A stretch of 56,128 nucleotides of DNA, filler included, from Basidiobolus ranarum (GCA_040143965.1; 2 parts of 2 records of this genome joined end to end with filler, not necessarily neighbours in it), one strand, 5' to 3'. Positions 1 to 13,819 are shown, counted from the whole stretch's first letter. The notes: generated from the letters alone by a model not told the origin. Numbers and translations: made by a program.

Positions 1-520
1 GCGACAGGTTTCGGCAAATACTACAAGCGTAAAGTTACTGTCCAACCCATTTATTAAGTGTGCATTTGCTCCTTTCATCTGTTATATAGGTTTTCGTTAG
101 GAAATGGCTTCAGAGAATGATGGAATTATGATTGTTCAGGAGTGGAAAGGGGCTGTATTGGTGAATGGATGGTCTCTAACCTCTTTTGGACCTGTGGTTG
201 TAAGTTAATTACACCAATGGTTACTTCAATCGATCGCTCACAGTCATTTGTCACATTCTAATCCTTCAGGAGTACGCCGTTCTAAGCAAGGCCTTGTACA
301 ACGAAATTTTATTCCTCATATGCATAAGGTACGTCAAATACGGCAGAATCTGAAGGTTTCTTTCGAAGCGTTTTCTCTTTAGCAGCAATCCACCCTCTAC
401 GGGGTCACATGAAAACTCTCCTATCATGCTCTACCGATAGTACCACAGAGCATCCATCTCGGTCTGAGAGTTCACTCATTGTGGATAGAGGAATACCAGC
501 CCGGAAAACCATTAGACGAA
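1..520 (+). CDS. Possible 3' end of an unidentified spliced gene (partial)
   Basis: GT..AG-bounded segments at about 29-100, 200-269 and 329-381 flank short open stretches (EMASENDGIMIVQEWKGAVLVNGWSLTSFGPVV / EYAVLSKALYNEILFLICI). Frame and stop are uncertain and no family was recognised. Confidence 0.3.
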
Positions 521-848
521 TAATATGTGATTGAAGTGTGGAGAAAAACTCTCCAATTATCAATCAGCACAATTTTTCTTACTTGGTGGAAGCTAGATCA
601 CGACTTTATTCTGGATTCAAATCGCCAACCAATACTAGACGCAACATCCCTCAATCTCTAGGTCTATAAATAAACCCAATGTGGGCACTTTGGACCAACG
701 AATAAATCATTCCTAACCTTTTTAGTCGCTCACCTCATACAATCTTTGGCCAAGATTGCCCTGTAGAGACCCTTCATACTGTAAACTTGTCTGTTCAATA
801 CTACTTGATTTTCTCTGATCCCTATCGTTATTATTATCAACCTTATTC

Positions 849-1802
849 ATGGCGCTTGTAGAAAGATGGAATCAAGGACTTCGTTCAGCTAGTGGGAATG
901 GCCATCGACTTTCTATTAGCTTGAACAATTTGAGCCGCTTTTACACAAGAAAAGCACCAGAGCGTGAGGATAGCAATATCTCTCCAGGTGGCTCTGTAAA
1001 CCGACGTAGCTGGACAAGTGAAGACTCGAGTCCTGAGATTAATATACGTTCGCGGCAGGACAGTATCTCTTCTACATCCTCTGACCTAAGCTCTTGCAAA
1101 GAGGGTCTCTTTCATTTAGAAAATGAAGGTAATTGTTTTTCGAGTCTATTTTATTCCTTCTCTCCAACAATTTCTAATCTCTCTTTACGTTGACAGAAAT
1201 GCTCGTGGACTTCTATAACACCGATATATCCGCTGTGCCTAGCCTTCTCTTGTGGAAACGCAGCATTGGTGACTCGATTAGTGTAAGCGAAGCCAATTAC
1301 ACACATCAAGCCTTGAACGTTGATGTTCAAACTCAAGAGATCCTAAATGTATCTCAGCTGACAGATCGACGTATTGTCGTGGTAATCAATGACCATCAAT
1401 TACAGCGTACAGAAATATTTATAGAGTACGCTACCACACTCAACTCAGCATTGGCTCAAAGGTCCCCCAAGTTGATTTTAAAAAGAATGTACGATTTAGT
1501 TGGACTAAATTTTGTACGAAATATGTTGGCAGTATATTCGCATGCCGATGGGGAGGTAAGGGCGATCACGATTGCTCTTTTATGTTAGGATGTACATTAA
1601 TCTTTCTTTAATGATTCAGCTTGCGTTAGTATCATGCAAGAGAGACTCCGTTGAGGTGATTAACTCTGCCTGTGTGTTCGCTTCTGGATGTCCTCAAAGT
1701 AACAGAGTAAAAAAGCTGATGTTTGTCCATGGATCTAGTGAACTCTGCATGGTAACTGAATATGGATTGAGGGCTCTAAGTCTCTCTACCCATTACAAGT
1801 AG
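849..1802 (+). CDS. Hypothetical ~273-aa protein: Ser-rich N-terminus plus a beta-rich region resembling part of giant fungal VLIG-type GTPase proteins
   Basis: Three ORFs join in frame through canonical introns 1129-1196 (GTAATT..GACAG) and 1556-1619 (GTAAGG..TTCAG). Motifs RIVVVIND..RTEIFIE, MLAVYS and VKKLMFVHGSSELCMV recall that family from memory. Confidence 0.65.
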
Positions 1803-3406
1803 TGTAAAAGTGGTGTTGACATTACGAATACCTACTATGAATTCCCAGAGATTAATGATATTCTCCTTGGTTGTATATAGTTAGCATACCTTATTGAGCC
1901 AAAGCTCGGTATATAATAGTCAAAGCAGACTCCCCTTTTGATACATCTGTATCCTTAATTTACGCTGCTTTGAACTAGTCTCGCTCAAAGTGTTAGATGT
2001 GTACATAGAGAAGTGCTGATATTATATTGTAGCACATTCTTAATAAATGAGGTTGACTAAGAAACTTCAATTGATTACAAATCCTATCCTTGAAATTCAC
2101 TATGAAGATAGATGTGTGTGTGCCACCACTGGCTAAACAACCATCCCTACCTTGATCGAAAAGGTGGTACAAACTGGTAGGTATACATATAGTATTGATT
2201 CATCCATTATACTTTAACAACCAATAAGATATAACATTTAATACGAGCTCCTGTTGTAGGCTCATAGAGTAAATAAATAAAGCAGTGGATATTTATGGAC
2301 TAGTAAAATGCAGTATATATGTAGGGTGTAGTGAGAATTACAAATGATTCAAGAAGAAATATATGATTGGCGTGTGTCCCTCGCGTCGAAAAATTTCCTG
2401 ATATTTAGCCAAGCCATGAATACTTGATCGCAATTTTTGAATCCACACACCTGCAGATAAGTCAGTTTTGAGGCAGGGGTTTCATAAAAAGGCGTAAAAA
2501 GGTTAAATGAAGTGAATACCAATATTTGGCTATTCAATGCTACATTAGAATGTCTGTATGAGAAGTATCAATTCTCTCATATGGAAGGCCATGAAGAATG
2601 GGTGTTTTACTGTAGGCTTTAAGAGAATACTTAAGCATAGTTGCTAACTTTTTTTGCAATTCCAGAGGCCTATTAGCTGATATAACAACAACAATCACCT
2701 TTGATTGTGGCATGAGAGAACTGTACCTTCAATCAGGAGTCAAGTATGAAGTAAAGCATTTGCATCTTTCAATCAAGTGAAATCAAGGATTTGGAAGTGG
2801 CAATTGGCAAGTGAGGGTAATCCATGCTTAGACAATGGTATATTCTCTCCCTCACAAATTGTTCAAAATATACATACTGATACTGAGATGGTGCGCCCGA
2901 AACTCGGAACAAAGTATGAAGTTGCTTGTCAAGCCAACAACCATATCATCATATATTTGTGGCATTTGACTTGGATAATCCTGTCACAGTCCGAAGAGAT
3001 TGTATTACTGTGGTGTTCACTGGTAATGAATCAATGAATCAGCACTCACACACTATCATTCAACAAATCGGGGTTTCAGAAAGTGATTGGCTATTTGAGT
3101 ATGTAAATTGTACACTTGAATAATGAAGGAAGCCAAAAACTTCTGATGCGAAATTACCGCACCGAATTTCACGATCGCGGCATGTAAGGAAAATATCGAT
3201 TCAAGATAATGGAGAGATTTTTAGCCAATGAGCAGACTTTATGACGTTGAGTTTCCTATTCAAGACTTTGGAATACATTTATATATAATGTAGCGAGGAG
3301 ATTTGTCTCAAAATCTTGCATTACCATTCAAGTTTTGGTTATTTCACTTTTACTCATTTCTAACATAACAGGCGTATTTTACTCTGTCCAGCATATAGAC
3401 ACAAGA

Positions 3407-4378
3407 ATGTACGATAAAATAGTTAGCATATCACCTAATAGTCCAGTACCTTCGACTATTTCTCATGAGTTTACCAAGCGCAAAAACTGGTCTAACAAAC
3501 TGTTGAATGAGATCAAGGACTTTTATCACGTCATTACCCCAGAGGGAAAGCTTTTATATTGTTCTTCCTCTTGCCAAGAGTTAGTAGGATTTCAACCAGA
3601 TGAGTTGGTTGGACGTAACATCAAAGAATTTCTCCACGTAGACGATGTGGACTGTTATCTCCGAGAACTCGCTTTAGCCCGACATGAACAAGAATACCGG
3701 TTATTTCTTCGTTTTCGACGCAAAGATGATAGGTTTGTAATGTTTGAGGTTTTAGGTCGTCCTTACACCTCCAACATGGGCGAATTGAAGTGCTATTTTA
3801 GTATGGCCCGACCCTACCCTGCTAAAGCCACTTCGGTGATGGATAATTTTCTAGAGTTAAAGATGGAAAATGAGCGCCTTCGTCGTCAACTTGCCGACTT
3901 GGGTGTATCTGTTAAGACACCCGAGCTTTCCGAATCGATGGAAAGTACTACCACTTCTGAACTTACACATAAACCTTCCACTTCATATGAACTTGAACCT
4001 CGTGCGGATCTGGATCAAGAAACTGCTTCTACTCTAGAAACCATGTTGGCCAAACCTAAGCGCAAGGTATGCTAATGTTATTCACCTATCGAATAGATTT
4101 CATATCTAAGTACAGTCTATTTTTTAGAATCAAAAGAAGCAGAAGGAAAGTGAACAGGAACGTGTGTGTACCGATTGTGGGACAGTGGACTCACCTGAAT
4201 GGCGTAAAGGACCTCAAGGACCTAAAACGTAAATGATTTCATAACTATGAGAAAATACCACCTTGTACTTACTATATCCCTTTCATTTAATTTCAATCAC
4301 TCTATTAGACTTTGCAACGCCTGTGGTCTTCGTTGGTCGAAACTTAATCGACGTCAGTCCGTTCCAGAGCCGGTATAA
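3407..4378 (+). CDS. wc-2: White Collar-2-like transcription factor (PAS domain + GATA zinc finger)
   Basis: Exon 1 (3407-4066) has EFTKRKNW, a PAS domain and [14 protein letters not shown]. Introns 4067-4127 and 4229-4308 yield [32 protein letters not shown] (C-X2-C-X18-C-X2-C). Stop TAA at 4376-4378. Confidence 0.92.
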
Positions 4379-5453
4379 AATGTGTGTGAACCAAGGAATT
4401 TATTTACTATGTTCGATAAACTATTTTCTAAGAAAATTAATGTCGCTGGTTAAACATAAACAATCACTACCATTTTCAAACGCAGTTCTACCAAAAATCT
4501 GCAGTACTATTTGATGCAATGATATTTATGGAATCAGATGTGGATCTACCATATAATCCAACTTTTAACTTATCCTAAATAAACTTTGAACACGATGTAG
4601 AATCCATATATGTATAACTAGCAGTTGAAGCTTTACCGATATTAATCTTACTCCATAAATCTGCTTTGAAAGATCCTGTGAAGTCGTCAGTAAAGATAAA
4701 CTAAAAAGGTGGATGAAGCATTTCCACTTTGGGATAATTTATAGTAGTATCAATTCGATAAGTGCCATATGTTGATAGAATCGTTGGATTCTTAGAAAAG
4801 ATTCCTTTCAAGGCTAGTAGTAGTGTTCATATTGAAAGTTGTATATATTTACATTATGAAACAAAAAGATTCCCATCGGCATTCCAAACGACTCTCTAAC
4901 CGAACGCTAATGAGAAGAACGTGTTACTGCAAGATAATGATACTAAACCCCATCTTCTTTACTAACTCCTACTTGATCAAGAGGAAAATGCCCTAGTTAG
5001 ACTAACCTCCTTTTCCACATATATTGTCTTCAAATTGCAATGAGCTCTCTCTTACAAAGCCAGGTGCTCTCAGTTAAAAACTGCTCATCATTCCTAGTTG
5101 AACTCGCGGTTGAACCTGCGCTAATATGCATCGATTATTTATTTTTGTATAGTCAAGTGAGTAGCGAAAGCAAGAATCATAACAGTAGAAGAATGAGCAT
5201 TTACATCAAAAATCATTGTTCCAGCTTCAAAGTCAGCGTTCTCTTAGGGAAGAGAGTACTTGGATCATATCCACGTCGAACAGCTTTACAAAAACAATGA
5301 ACAAGATCGGGGGGAAACAAAAGTTGGGATAATAAAAACAGAAGAACTGACAGTAAACTTTGCAATAATGATAAGATTGTGGGAGATATTAAAATACATG
5401 TTGTGAGACATCAACTAACTTCATTAGGTTGAATGCAAGTACGAGTGATTCAA

Positions 5454-6590
5454 TCAACAACTCGGAACAATTGCTGGCCACGAATTATGATCCACAGCTC
5501 TACCCGAGGATGCATCATGATACATGAGATCGTCAGCTGTAAGGAGAAGACCTAGATTAGAAATACATATACAGGCCTTTTAAAATAAATGGGACCATGC
5601 TAAATAATTACCATTTGTGTCATCCGATGGAATGCTGTTGTCAATTTCATCAGGCTTGGGGTGCTTCCGAGGTCTACCAACCGGACGAACACAGGAAGAT
5701 GACTTGGCCCTAAACTCAACAAGGTACTCCTGGTATTCTTTGTACTCTGGTGTTTTTTTGTACGCCTCCAGAGTCTCCAGGTACTCTTGTTTGGCTTTGG
5801 CAGCATTTTGGTCAACCTCATCTTTCTCCTCGGGGCTGAGAGATTTCCAACGGTCACCTACAATTTTGGCCATATCGGTAAACGACATGTTTTGATCCTT
5901 GAACTCTGCCCGGACCTTGTTTGAAAACATCACATAGGCTGAAGGTGGTTTCTCGGGTGCGTTCTTGTCAGGCTTAGGATGTCTTCTATACCTTCGCTTA
6001 TTACTATTACTTTCGGCTGATGGAGGTGATGACTTCAGTGGTGCAATTGGAAGCTTTGGATTCATGAAGAATATCTTCTGATTTCCATTAGGAGGCGAAG
6101 AGATTAGATTTTTGGCGAAGAGGTTAGATGCTCTAGGATCTGTATTGGAGGGAAAGCAGTCACAATTAGGTCAGGTGATATGACGTGGCACTTGCCATGA
6201 TAATTACTAACCAGATCCAGTTAAACTCATGAACGGATTATCATTTGCACCAATAGACAGTGGAAAAGGAGGCGTGAAAGGAGAGCCCTTGAGAGCATTA
6301 ATTTCACGCTGTATGAGCTGAATAAAAAGCAGATAAATTTAGAAAACATCGGTGAGTTCGAGAGTTCAATACGAATACTTTACCCTGCGATGGCCTCTCT
6401 TCACATCCAGTGCCACTAGATCAGATTCCGTAACCTCAAAAAGCTATGAATAACGGGTTAGTTGGGGCTAGTTTTGTGCGAATAGCTAGTGATGACAACT
6501 AACAGATCTTAATTGGTCAAAGCCCTCAGCCAGGAAGGCCTCTGTATATTGCTCCAAGCCGCATTTTTTAAGAAACTCTTGGACTTCCAT
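5454..6590 (-). CDS. SAM-domain + HMG-box transcription factor with AT-hook
   Basis: Five exons. ATG at 6590 gives MEVQEFLKKCGLEQYTEAFLAEGFDQLRS/LFEVTESDLVALDVKRGHRR/LIQREI (SAM), then KRRYRRHPKPDKNAPEKPPSAYVMFSN...IVGDRWKSLS (HMG box) and RPVGRPRK (AT-hook). Last exon 5536-5454 ends WPAIVPSC*. Confidence 0.88.
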
Positions 6591-9500
6591 ATCCTCACAA
6601 TGGTTGTAGTGGTGAGCAAAAATGATAGAGAACGGCGTGACGAATAGTTACACGAAAGGAAAAGCTACTTGTATCGAACAAACGGTTATAGAAGCGCTAG
6701 ATAACCCAACACTCAAAGGGGTGTTCTAAAAATACGACAATAGTATGACCGCACTAGTGAGAGAACACTTGTACAAAATTTCTAAGAGAATATTGTGGCG
6801 ATGAAAACTAGCCAAAGATACGGAATTATCACAAAAAAGTGTGAAAATTAACTGGATTAACGTGAAAAGGAAATGGCAAGTAACAAGTTGCAAGATATTG
6901 GACTACTGAATTATGGAAAAGCAGCAAAAGATGGGATGTAACAGTACGGATTTAAATAAAGTCGACTCCAGAGCAAGCTTGATTAAGCAAATCTTACGTA
7001 TTTATAAATAATGGCTATATTTCCAGGGAGCTCAAAACAGACGAATGGGATAACCATGGCATCGTGGAAATCACTGGAGTCACGAGTAATTCAATGGCAC
7101 TTTGATTGGACCCACCGCCCAACAATTCAATTTCACCATTGCAAGCCCTTACCATCGATAATATTTGATTGGTTGGAAATGGATGATGTTTCGACAAGAT
7201 ATTAAAAGTTCCCAGAGGTCTGGGGTCCCATCCAGTTGAGGAAGGGAGATTCCCTAAATAAATATGGAATTTAGATTGACTGCGCTGATTTCATCAAACA
7301 TGCTGAGTGAAAATACATCTTGAAACCGATCAGTGCATCTAATGTCCTATAATTTCTGGCAAGAAAGATCCATCATCTGACTTTGTACGATCAATAAATT
7401 GAACTCCACCCTTTTTTAGACGCACAGAAGGGGGTCCAAGGCGGGTAGAATGAGATCATTTGTAGATGAGTTGGATAATTTAATCATTCCTGGGTACAAT
7501 TCATGACCAGTGTGATGTAGTTTTGATGGAGTTGCATGTTTCTGGTGGAATGAACGTGTAAATTCGTTTAAAGGAAAGGATAACCGCTCCCCGCAACAGG
7601 CGGTGCTTGATTGGCCAGCGAGAGCGGTGGCCGAGAGTGCGGTAATTCTTTGAAACGAAATAAGTGCATATTAGGAATATGCCCATTTCCAACATAAGGA
7701 GCACTGTGTGAGTGAATCGATGTCTATTGGCCACTTACGGGACATCATCGAAATATTGTTCGATGATTTCCAGGCAATAGGGCAGCTTGGCATCTAATAT
7801 GTGCTTGAAATCAAATACCGGAGAAGCACAGGCGGAATCTATGCAACTTGCAGAAGCCACAATATTTCGCACAATATTCGGCACATATATTTATTACAAG
7901 AGTAGATGTGTGCAGTCAATGCCACTGGATTTGTATGACTGTGTAATATAGTGTCCGGCTCAAGTACTAATTGGCACGATACATGGCGGATATTATCCCA
8001 CTTGGCTAAACTCCTGTTTATTTCAATCATGTAGGCTGAGTTGCATGAGACAAAGGTACTGGTGCACGATGTGGGTAATTTCCTCAGCACCAACAATATT
8101 CGCTGGAAAAACCTGAATACTTATTCAATCTTGATTTTGCGCCATTTGAGAGCGAATAGCGATAATGTTCTGAGTCTGCTTATCGATAGTTTCAAATACC
8201 AAGACATGAATCCAGTTTTTCTCATTGCGGTGAGAATCTCCTGTTAGTATAAATTAATCCCAAATGTAAATGGCATGATTAAATTAAGTGATGATTGAGC
8301 TACACTCAGGGTTTGGTAGAATTCGATGAATTTCCCATTGGCTGATAAAGGTGTGGCTCAAAGTTTGTGCAATGTGAGGCCTACCGCAAATATATGGCGA
8401 TTTTGTGAGTCATGCCAAATATCTCTCTATTAATTGGCCATAAATATCGGTGTTAATCGATTGTTATTATTTATGCAATTCATCAACGGGCGCGGGTCTA
8501 GAATACTCACTCATGACAAGCCCAAAGGATGGTTAATCAAAGTAATACATCAACCTTGAGAGGTGTATTAGCAAATGAATTGATGAATTGAAGGCTGTCT
8601 CTTGTTGAAGTAACCAGTCAGACAAGTATTAATACCATGAGCAGCTGTTTGAAGCACCTGGTTAGCCGTCGTGATGCTGATTGGTATGTAGCCTTCATAA
8701 CATTCACCAATAGCAACATGACCGTGCTGTGACTACCAAATGCTTTTAACTCATGAGTGGGTGGTAGTCAACCTGTTTTGTAGCTGATACAAAACCTCTA
8801 AATCTAAGCCATGTATCGGACAACCCAATGCCAAGTCGTTTGAAAGGATTTGATCAGCAAGCTCAAGGGAATTTGCGTTTCTCCTTATACGTGATCATCG
8901 CTTGGATAGATAGAGAACGAGCTGCCCTCAGTGTGGTTGAACAGAATCATTAGCTATCCTAGCATTTGTGAGTATATACAGGCCGATGCGGTACTGTATA
9001 AAGAATGATTGCGTTGGTGTACATGTTGACACCAATCCTTTACCTGTAAAGCAGATGTTGGATATTCACTTTAATTTAGCACTGGAGTAGGTGAGATATG
9101 TTGTATGTTTTCTTTTAAATGGATTGTATCTCCTGAGAAGCTTTGGCATTAGTGGGTAAGTAATGTGTACGTCAGAGATATCCGATTATATCGGTTAAGC
9201 CATTTAAGATTCAGGGTGAGGAGTGGTACACGTGTTAATAGAATAATAGAAAGTGAATAAGGCTGGGGGAATGTGAGGCTGATAAATATAGTAGTTCAGG
9301 TTGATGGAGGATGAATTCGATATTATTTCAACACGATTTATCTCAATTTCTGGACTTGGTGAGGGTAATCAATCGGGGGATGGTGAATGAGCCAAACTGG
9401 AGTGAATATTGGGCATATTGAAGGAATGGCCGGTCAATGGTAAAATGCCAGTCGTGTTCTGATTTCTGAGTCAAGTGTATAGGTAGCTACTATAGCTGGT

Positions 9501-12500
9501 ATAACAAACGAGGGATTTAGGCCAATTTCCTCCAAAATGCAAGAATCTTTTTCCAAATTTGGTTATTGTTAAGTCCAAAGTAGTAACGATCTTCATGGTT
9601 GGATAGTCATCATTATCATTATCATTGCACTAATCTGGGAATACTCCTTTTACGAATTTGCAGAGCTTCAGAATCTGATAAGAATAAGCTGAAGCAATTA
9701 CATAAAAGAATACTTGACAATAGAGGCGATTTACTTGCATCATGAGAAAGCTCCTCCAGCAAGTCACTAAATGAAAAAGTAAAATGTAAACATTTAAAAA
9801 GTCTTTCTAGCAGATATCTGTCTCCATGACGTTACACCAAAGTATTCTGCTTCTATAAAGCGCTGAGCTAGCATTAGCTCTGATGCCCAATTATTCATAT
9901 ATTTACATATCTTGTTTGAGAGAAATCGTAGTATTTATTGCAGCTTTTGCGGTAAAGGTACCCACTTAGATTATACATGTATCTCTTAATCGCCCGATAT
10001 TTAGCAATTTGTTTATGATTCATTTAAGACCGAAGCATTAACATCGACGTGTCTATAACGAATAGATAGAAAAGTTATGAATACCAGTTATCTTATGAAT
10101 CCAGGAAGATGCTAACAAAGAACATAATTCTATGAATTAAGCACTTAAATAGTCATATGTAATATATAACTTTGCGAGTATTTCCAAGTTATATTTCTAC
10201 AGAATATCCTTTGAGAATGGTGAATATATGAAAAATTTGAATCCTTTAGAGCTCATTAAAATAGTCATATTCTTGTACTGCATGGATATGTGTCTCTACC
10301 TCTACTATTTCCCCCTCCATCTTTATGTAAGAAACATCTATTTGTTGTTTCATGCAGTTGCATATGAATTGAAGATCAAATATATATTCATAACCTCCTA
10401 GACTTTTCGAAGTGTTTCTATCACGTATTTTCAGACAAGAATCTCGTCATGTCTTCAGTTTTGGATTGAAATGCCAGTTTGTATTAACGCGCAAATACTT
10501 TTTATAGTCTACCTCAGCCTTCAGACAGCATTTGAGAGGGTTAATTTTACCAGATTTACAAGAAATCCAGCAACAGTGAAATCTTACATGGCACAAGTTG
10601 GTTAAAAATCAATAGATATATGTTTCTTAATATCCAGATACTTTTAACAACGCAAGTCAATATAAATTTAGGATTATGTAGCAAAAACATGATACTTCAG
10701 TATCGCTCAATTATATTAGTGTAAGCCATGTGACACATGACAAAAAGCTTGCATATTGTGTCTAGGGGTTTTATTTCTTCAGTCTAGGGAGTGCATATTT
10801 ATGAATAACACAAGGCAAATACACACCAACTCTCTTCTGAGTAACATCTAACCACGTCCTACTCTGTGAATTGGTTGTTGTGAAGTAAACATTTACTATT
10901 CTTGCAGAAACATGTATTATGCTGAGATTTAGTATTTCTTGATTATCATGCTCTAGACATTTTCTAATATGCCAATAATAATACTTGCACCAAGTTTCAG
11001 AGACGCTTATAAGTGCGGAGTGTGGTTGAAAGATAACTATTTGTAGGCACTGATCAAGCAATGAGACATTGATGGAGTGGGTAGAAAGAATTATAGTTTG
11101 ACGCATCCATCCAATTCTTAAAGTCATGCAGACATTCCATTCAATATATAGCTATTTTCACTCTCATAATTCCTTAATCCATCATATCTTTTAGCATTAG
11201 TTGGAATTCTCGTGATGTGCTGGAATTATGGATCTATTTTTCTGTATGTATCCAAGTTTCACGTATCAAAAGAAAATAGTGATGTATATCCAATATGATA
11301 AGTGATCGATGAACAGCTCTACAATAATGTTATTTCTAGGGAGTCAATGTGTGATATATCTGTACTCCATGAGATGATACTCGTTAATAATAGTAGTTGA
11401 ATACGTATGCCAATGGATTAAAGGGGTTATAGCGTCAAGAATTAATGTATACATAGTAGTAGTATGGTAAAATAAAGCGATTACACATCCAGAGTTAACA
11501 TTGCGAAGTATCAGCGTAATGAAAGAAGTATAATCTATCTCTAAGCAACGTTATTTCAAGTAATTTGGAGATACCAAAGCTTCTCGCTCAAACTGATTGT
11601 ATTCATAAAAGTTCAAGTATTCCACTGATATTCTAGCTATAATACCTCCCGGATGCCATTTTCAGTTCATCTAATCGAAGACTCGCCGGTTTGGGAAACT
11701 CCATTTGCTGATAGATTATCTCAAATCGCCATGTCTTCTTACTTGTATTATTGTAAGCTTATTCTCACAACTTCTCAAGAGTGAACTTCATACGGCCCAA
11801 CTCTTGCTTAGCAATAACTTAAACCAACCTCATGATAATCTTGATATGATTCCTGACTGCTAGCTTGGACAGCAAGCATATGATGCTATCTTTTGTGTTG
11901 ACATAGAGTAACCACAAATGATTGGCAACGGAACAAAATTTAGTAGATTAACATCGGCTGGTTGAACCTTCCTTGATAGTGACTCCAATGGTTTGTTTTT
12001 AGTTTCATCCAATCAGTCGATCCTCGGTCAAAGAGAGCTCAAGGGTAGATGTATTAACATGGTGTGAATATCTAAAAGAGAAGGACCAAGACTCTCACGG
12101 TCCTTAATTTCAGGAAGATCTCTGGCTGGTTCGTGTTGTGACATACAGCTTGTTTGCTCCGGCTTCTACTTCCGCTGCTAGACCTAAGACACCATTGGAT
12201 CAAGAGCAAGTCATACGAATCTCTTTATACCGCCCACGACCAAACCTACTGAAGTCCTGATAGCAAAGACTGTAGCTACAAGCATTTATGGTTGAGTCCA
12301 TGACTAAATGTCAAGACGACCCAACGGCATGTACCAGGTGATACTCGTGGTACTTTTTTCATCCAATGTGTAGTGAATCTTTAGAGCCAGATATCCCGAT
12401 GTAGCTAGGGTTTTTCATTTAGGCCTGTTCAAAGCCTGTAAAAAGCATTGTCGGTTCAGGTAACATCATTAAGAAATTCCCTTCTCTCGAACAAGTTGAA

Positions 12501-13819
12501 TTGGTCATCCAATCAATAGCATTGTTCCTTATTTAAGCATTTTCCTAAAGAGTCGCTGGGAGAGTATTTTAGATTTAGACCTTATTTGCGATCCCGCATA
12601 CCCAATTGTATGCGATCGCTCTGACTTGTCATATGTAACGTTTCTGTAAATCCCTTTCAATCTTACCAAATGAAATGGATCCAATCCGCTTAAAAGACGC
12701 CGCTACCAGTGTGAATATTGCATTCATTAACCGTAGCCATTCAGTTCTGTTGGTATCAATGAATTTCCAATCCGATGTACAATCGGAACCTAGGCTATCC
12801 AATAGCCGCGTTACAGAACTTTTGCTCACCAAACGTATGGAAAGCCATCAGCTATTTCCAAATACAACCAATCCATGCCAATATTATGAGTCATTCCATG
12901 ACATTCATCTTCAAGTTTAACCCCGTCTTCAGTCCATTCACTCTGTAATATCTACAGATTTCCCAGACACTACTTTCTAACTGGGCTCAGAGCAGCACTT
13001 TTGTGTTGATGGGTGATTCTTCCTCACAAAAATACCACATCTCTCTTCACGTCGTTACTGTGGTTGTTGGTAAACATCCGACAATGCTTTCCACTCTCTT
13101 TCATCTCGGATAGGCGAAGGTGAGGCATGAGCCTTGATGGGGCATCAGTCCTCATGGTTGAATATTCATGGGATACCCTACTCTGTTGCGCAAGATTACA
13201 GTGCATAATTAGCCGTTTATAGAGCCAGATAATTGCGGCAATTCGACTGAAAATCACGAGCCAATTCTATGATCCGATTCATAAACTACAGTGAACATTT
13301 TATCTGCTCTGAAGTGGGTTTTGAATTGATGCTGAGATAAAGATATTTAAACAAAGCAATGGTTTTGAAAAGATCGTCTGCAATGAATGTCAAACCAAGA
13401 GATGAGTTCTGTTTATTCGACTCGCTTACACTCAGTAAGGTGGAGACTTTTCATCACATAAGAAATTCTAAAATCCTAAGAGGGTTTGTTCAATAAAGTA
13501 TTGGGGTGAAATTATCAATGATCAATACAAAGGTATATGAAAGAAGTGCTAGCCAAAAGAGTGATACAAAATATAGCAAAGAGTCCATGAAATATGTAAA
13601 AAAAGTATCTAAGATGGCCGCAGATAAGGAGACCGAAAATATAATTGTCCTGTGTTGCATAAAATAGCACATAGAGTATTCATTCTACGAAATAAATGCG
13701 AAGAGTCCTAATAATGTCCTGAAAGAAAATCAAATAAATATATGAATACGAGAGAAAGAGCTTAGGTCCTCTTAAGGCCTCACTTAATAATCGAACAGCT
13801 GATGCTGATCCGGCTTGGT

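Noticed and set aside
5454..6590. HMG gene as a zygomycete sex locus (sexM/sexP)
   Set aside because: It has a SAM domain and an HMGB-type box, and lacks the flanking triose-phosphate transporter and RNA helicase genes typical of the Mucorales locus.
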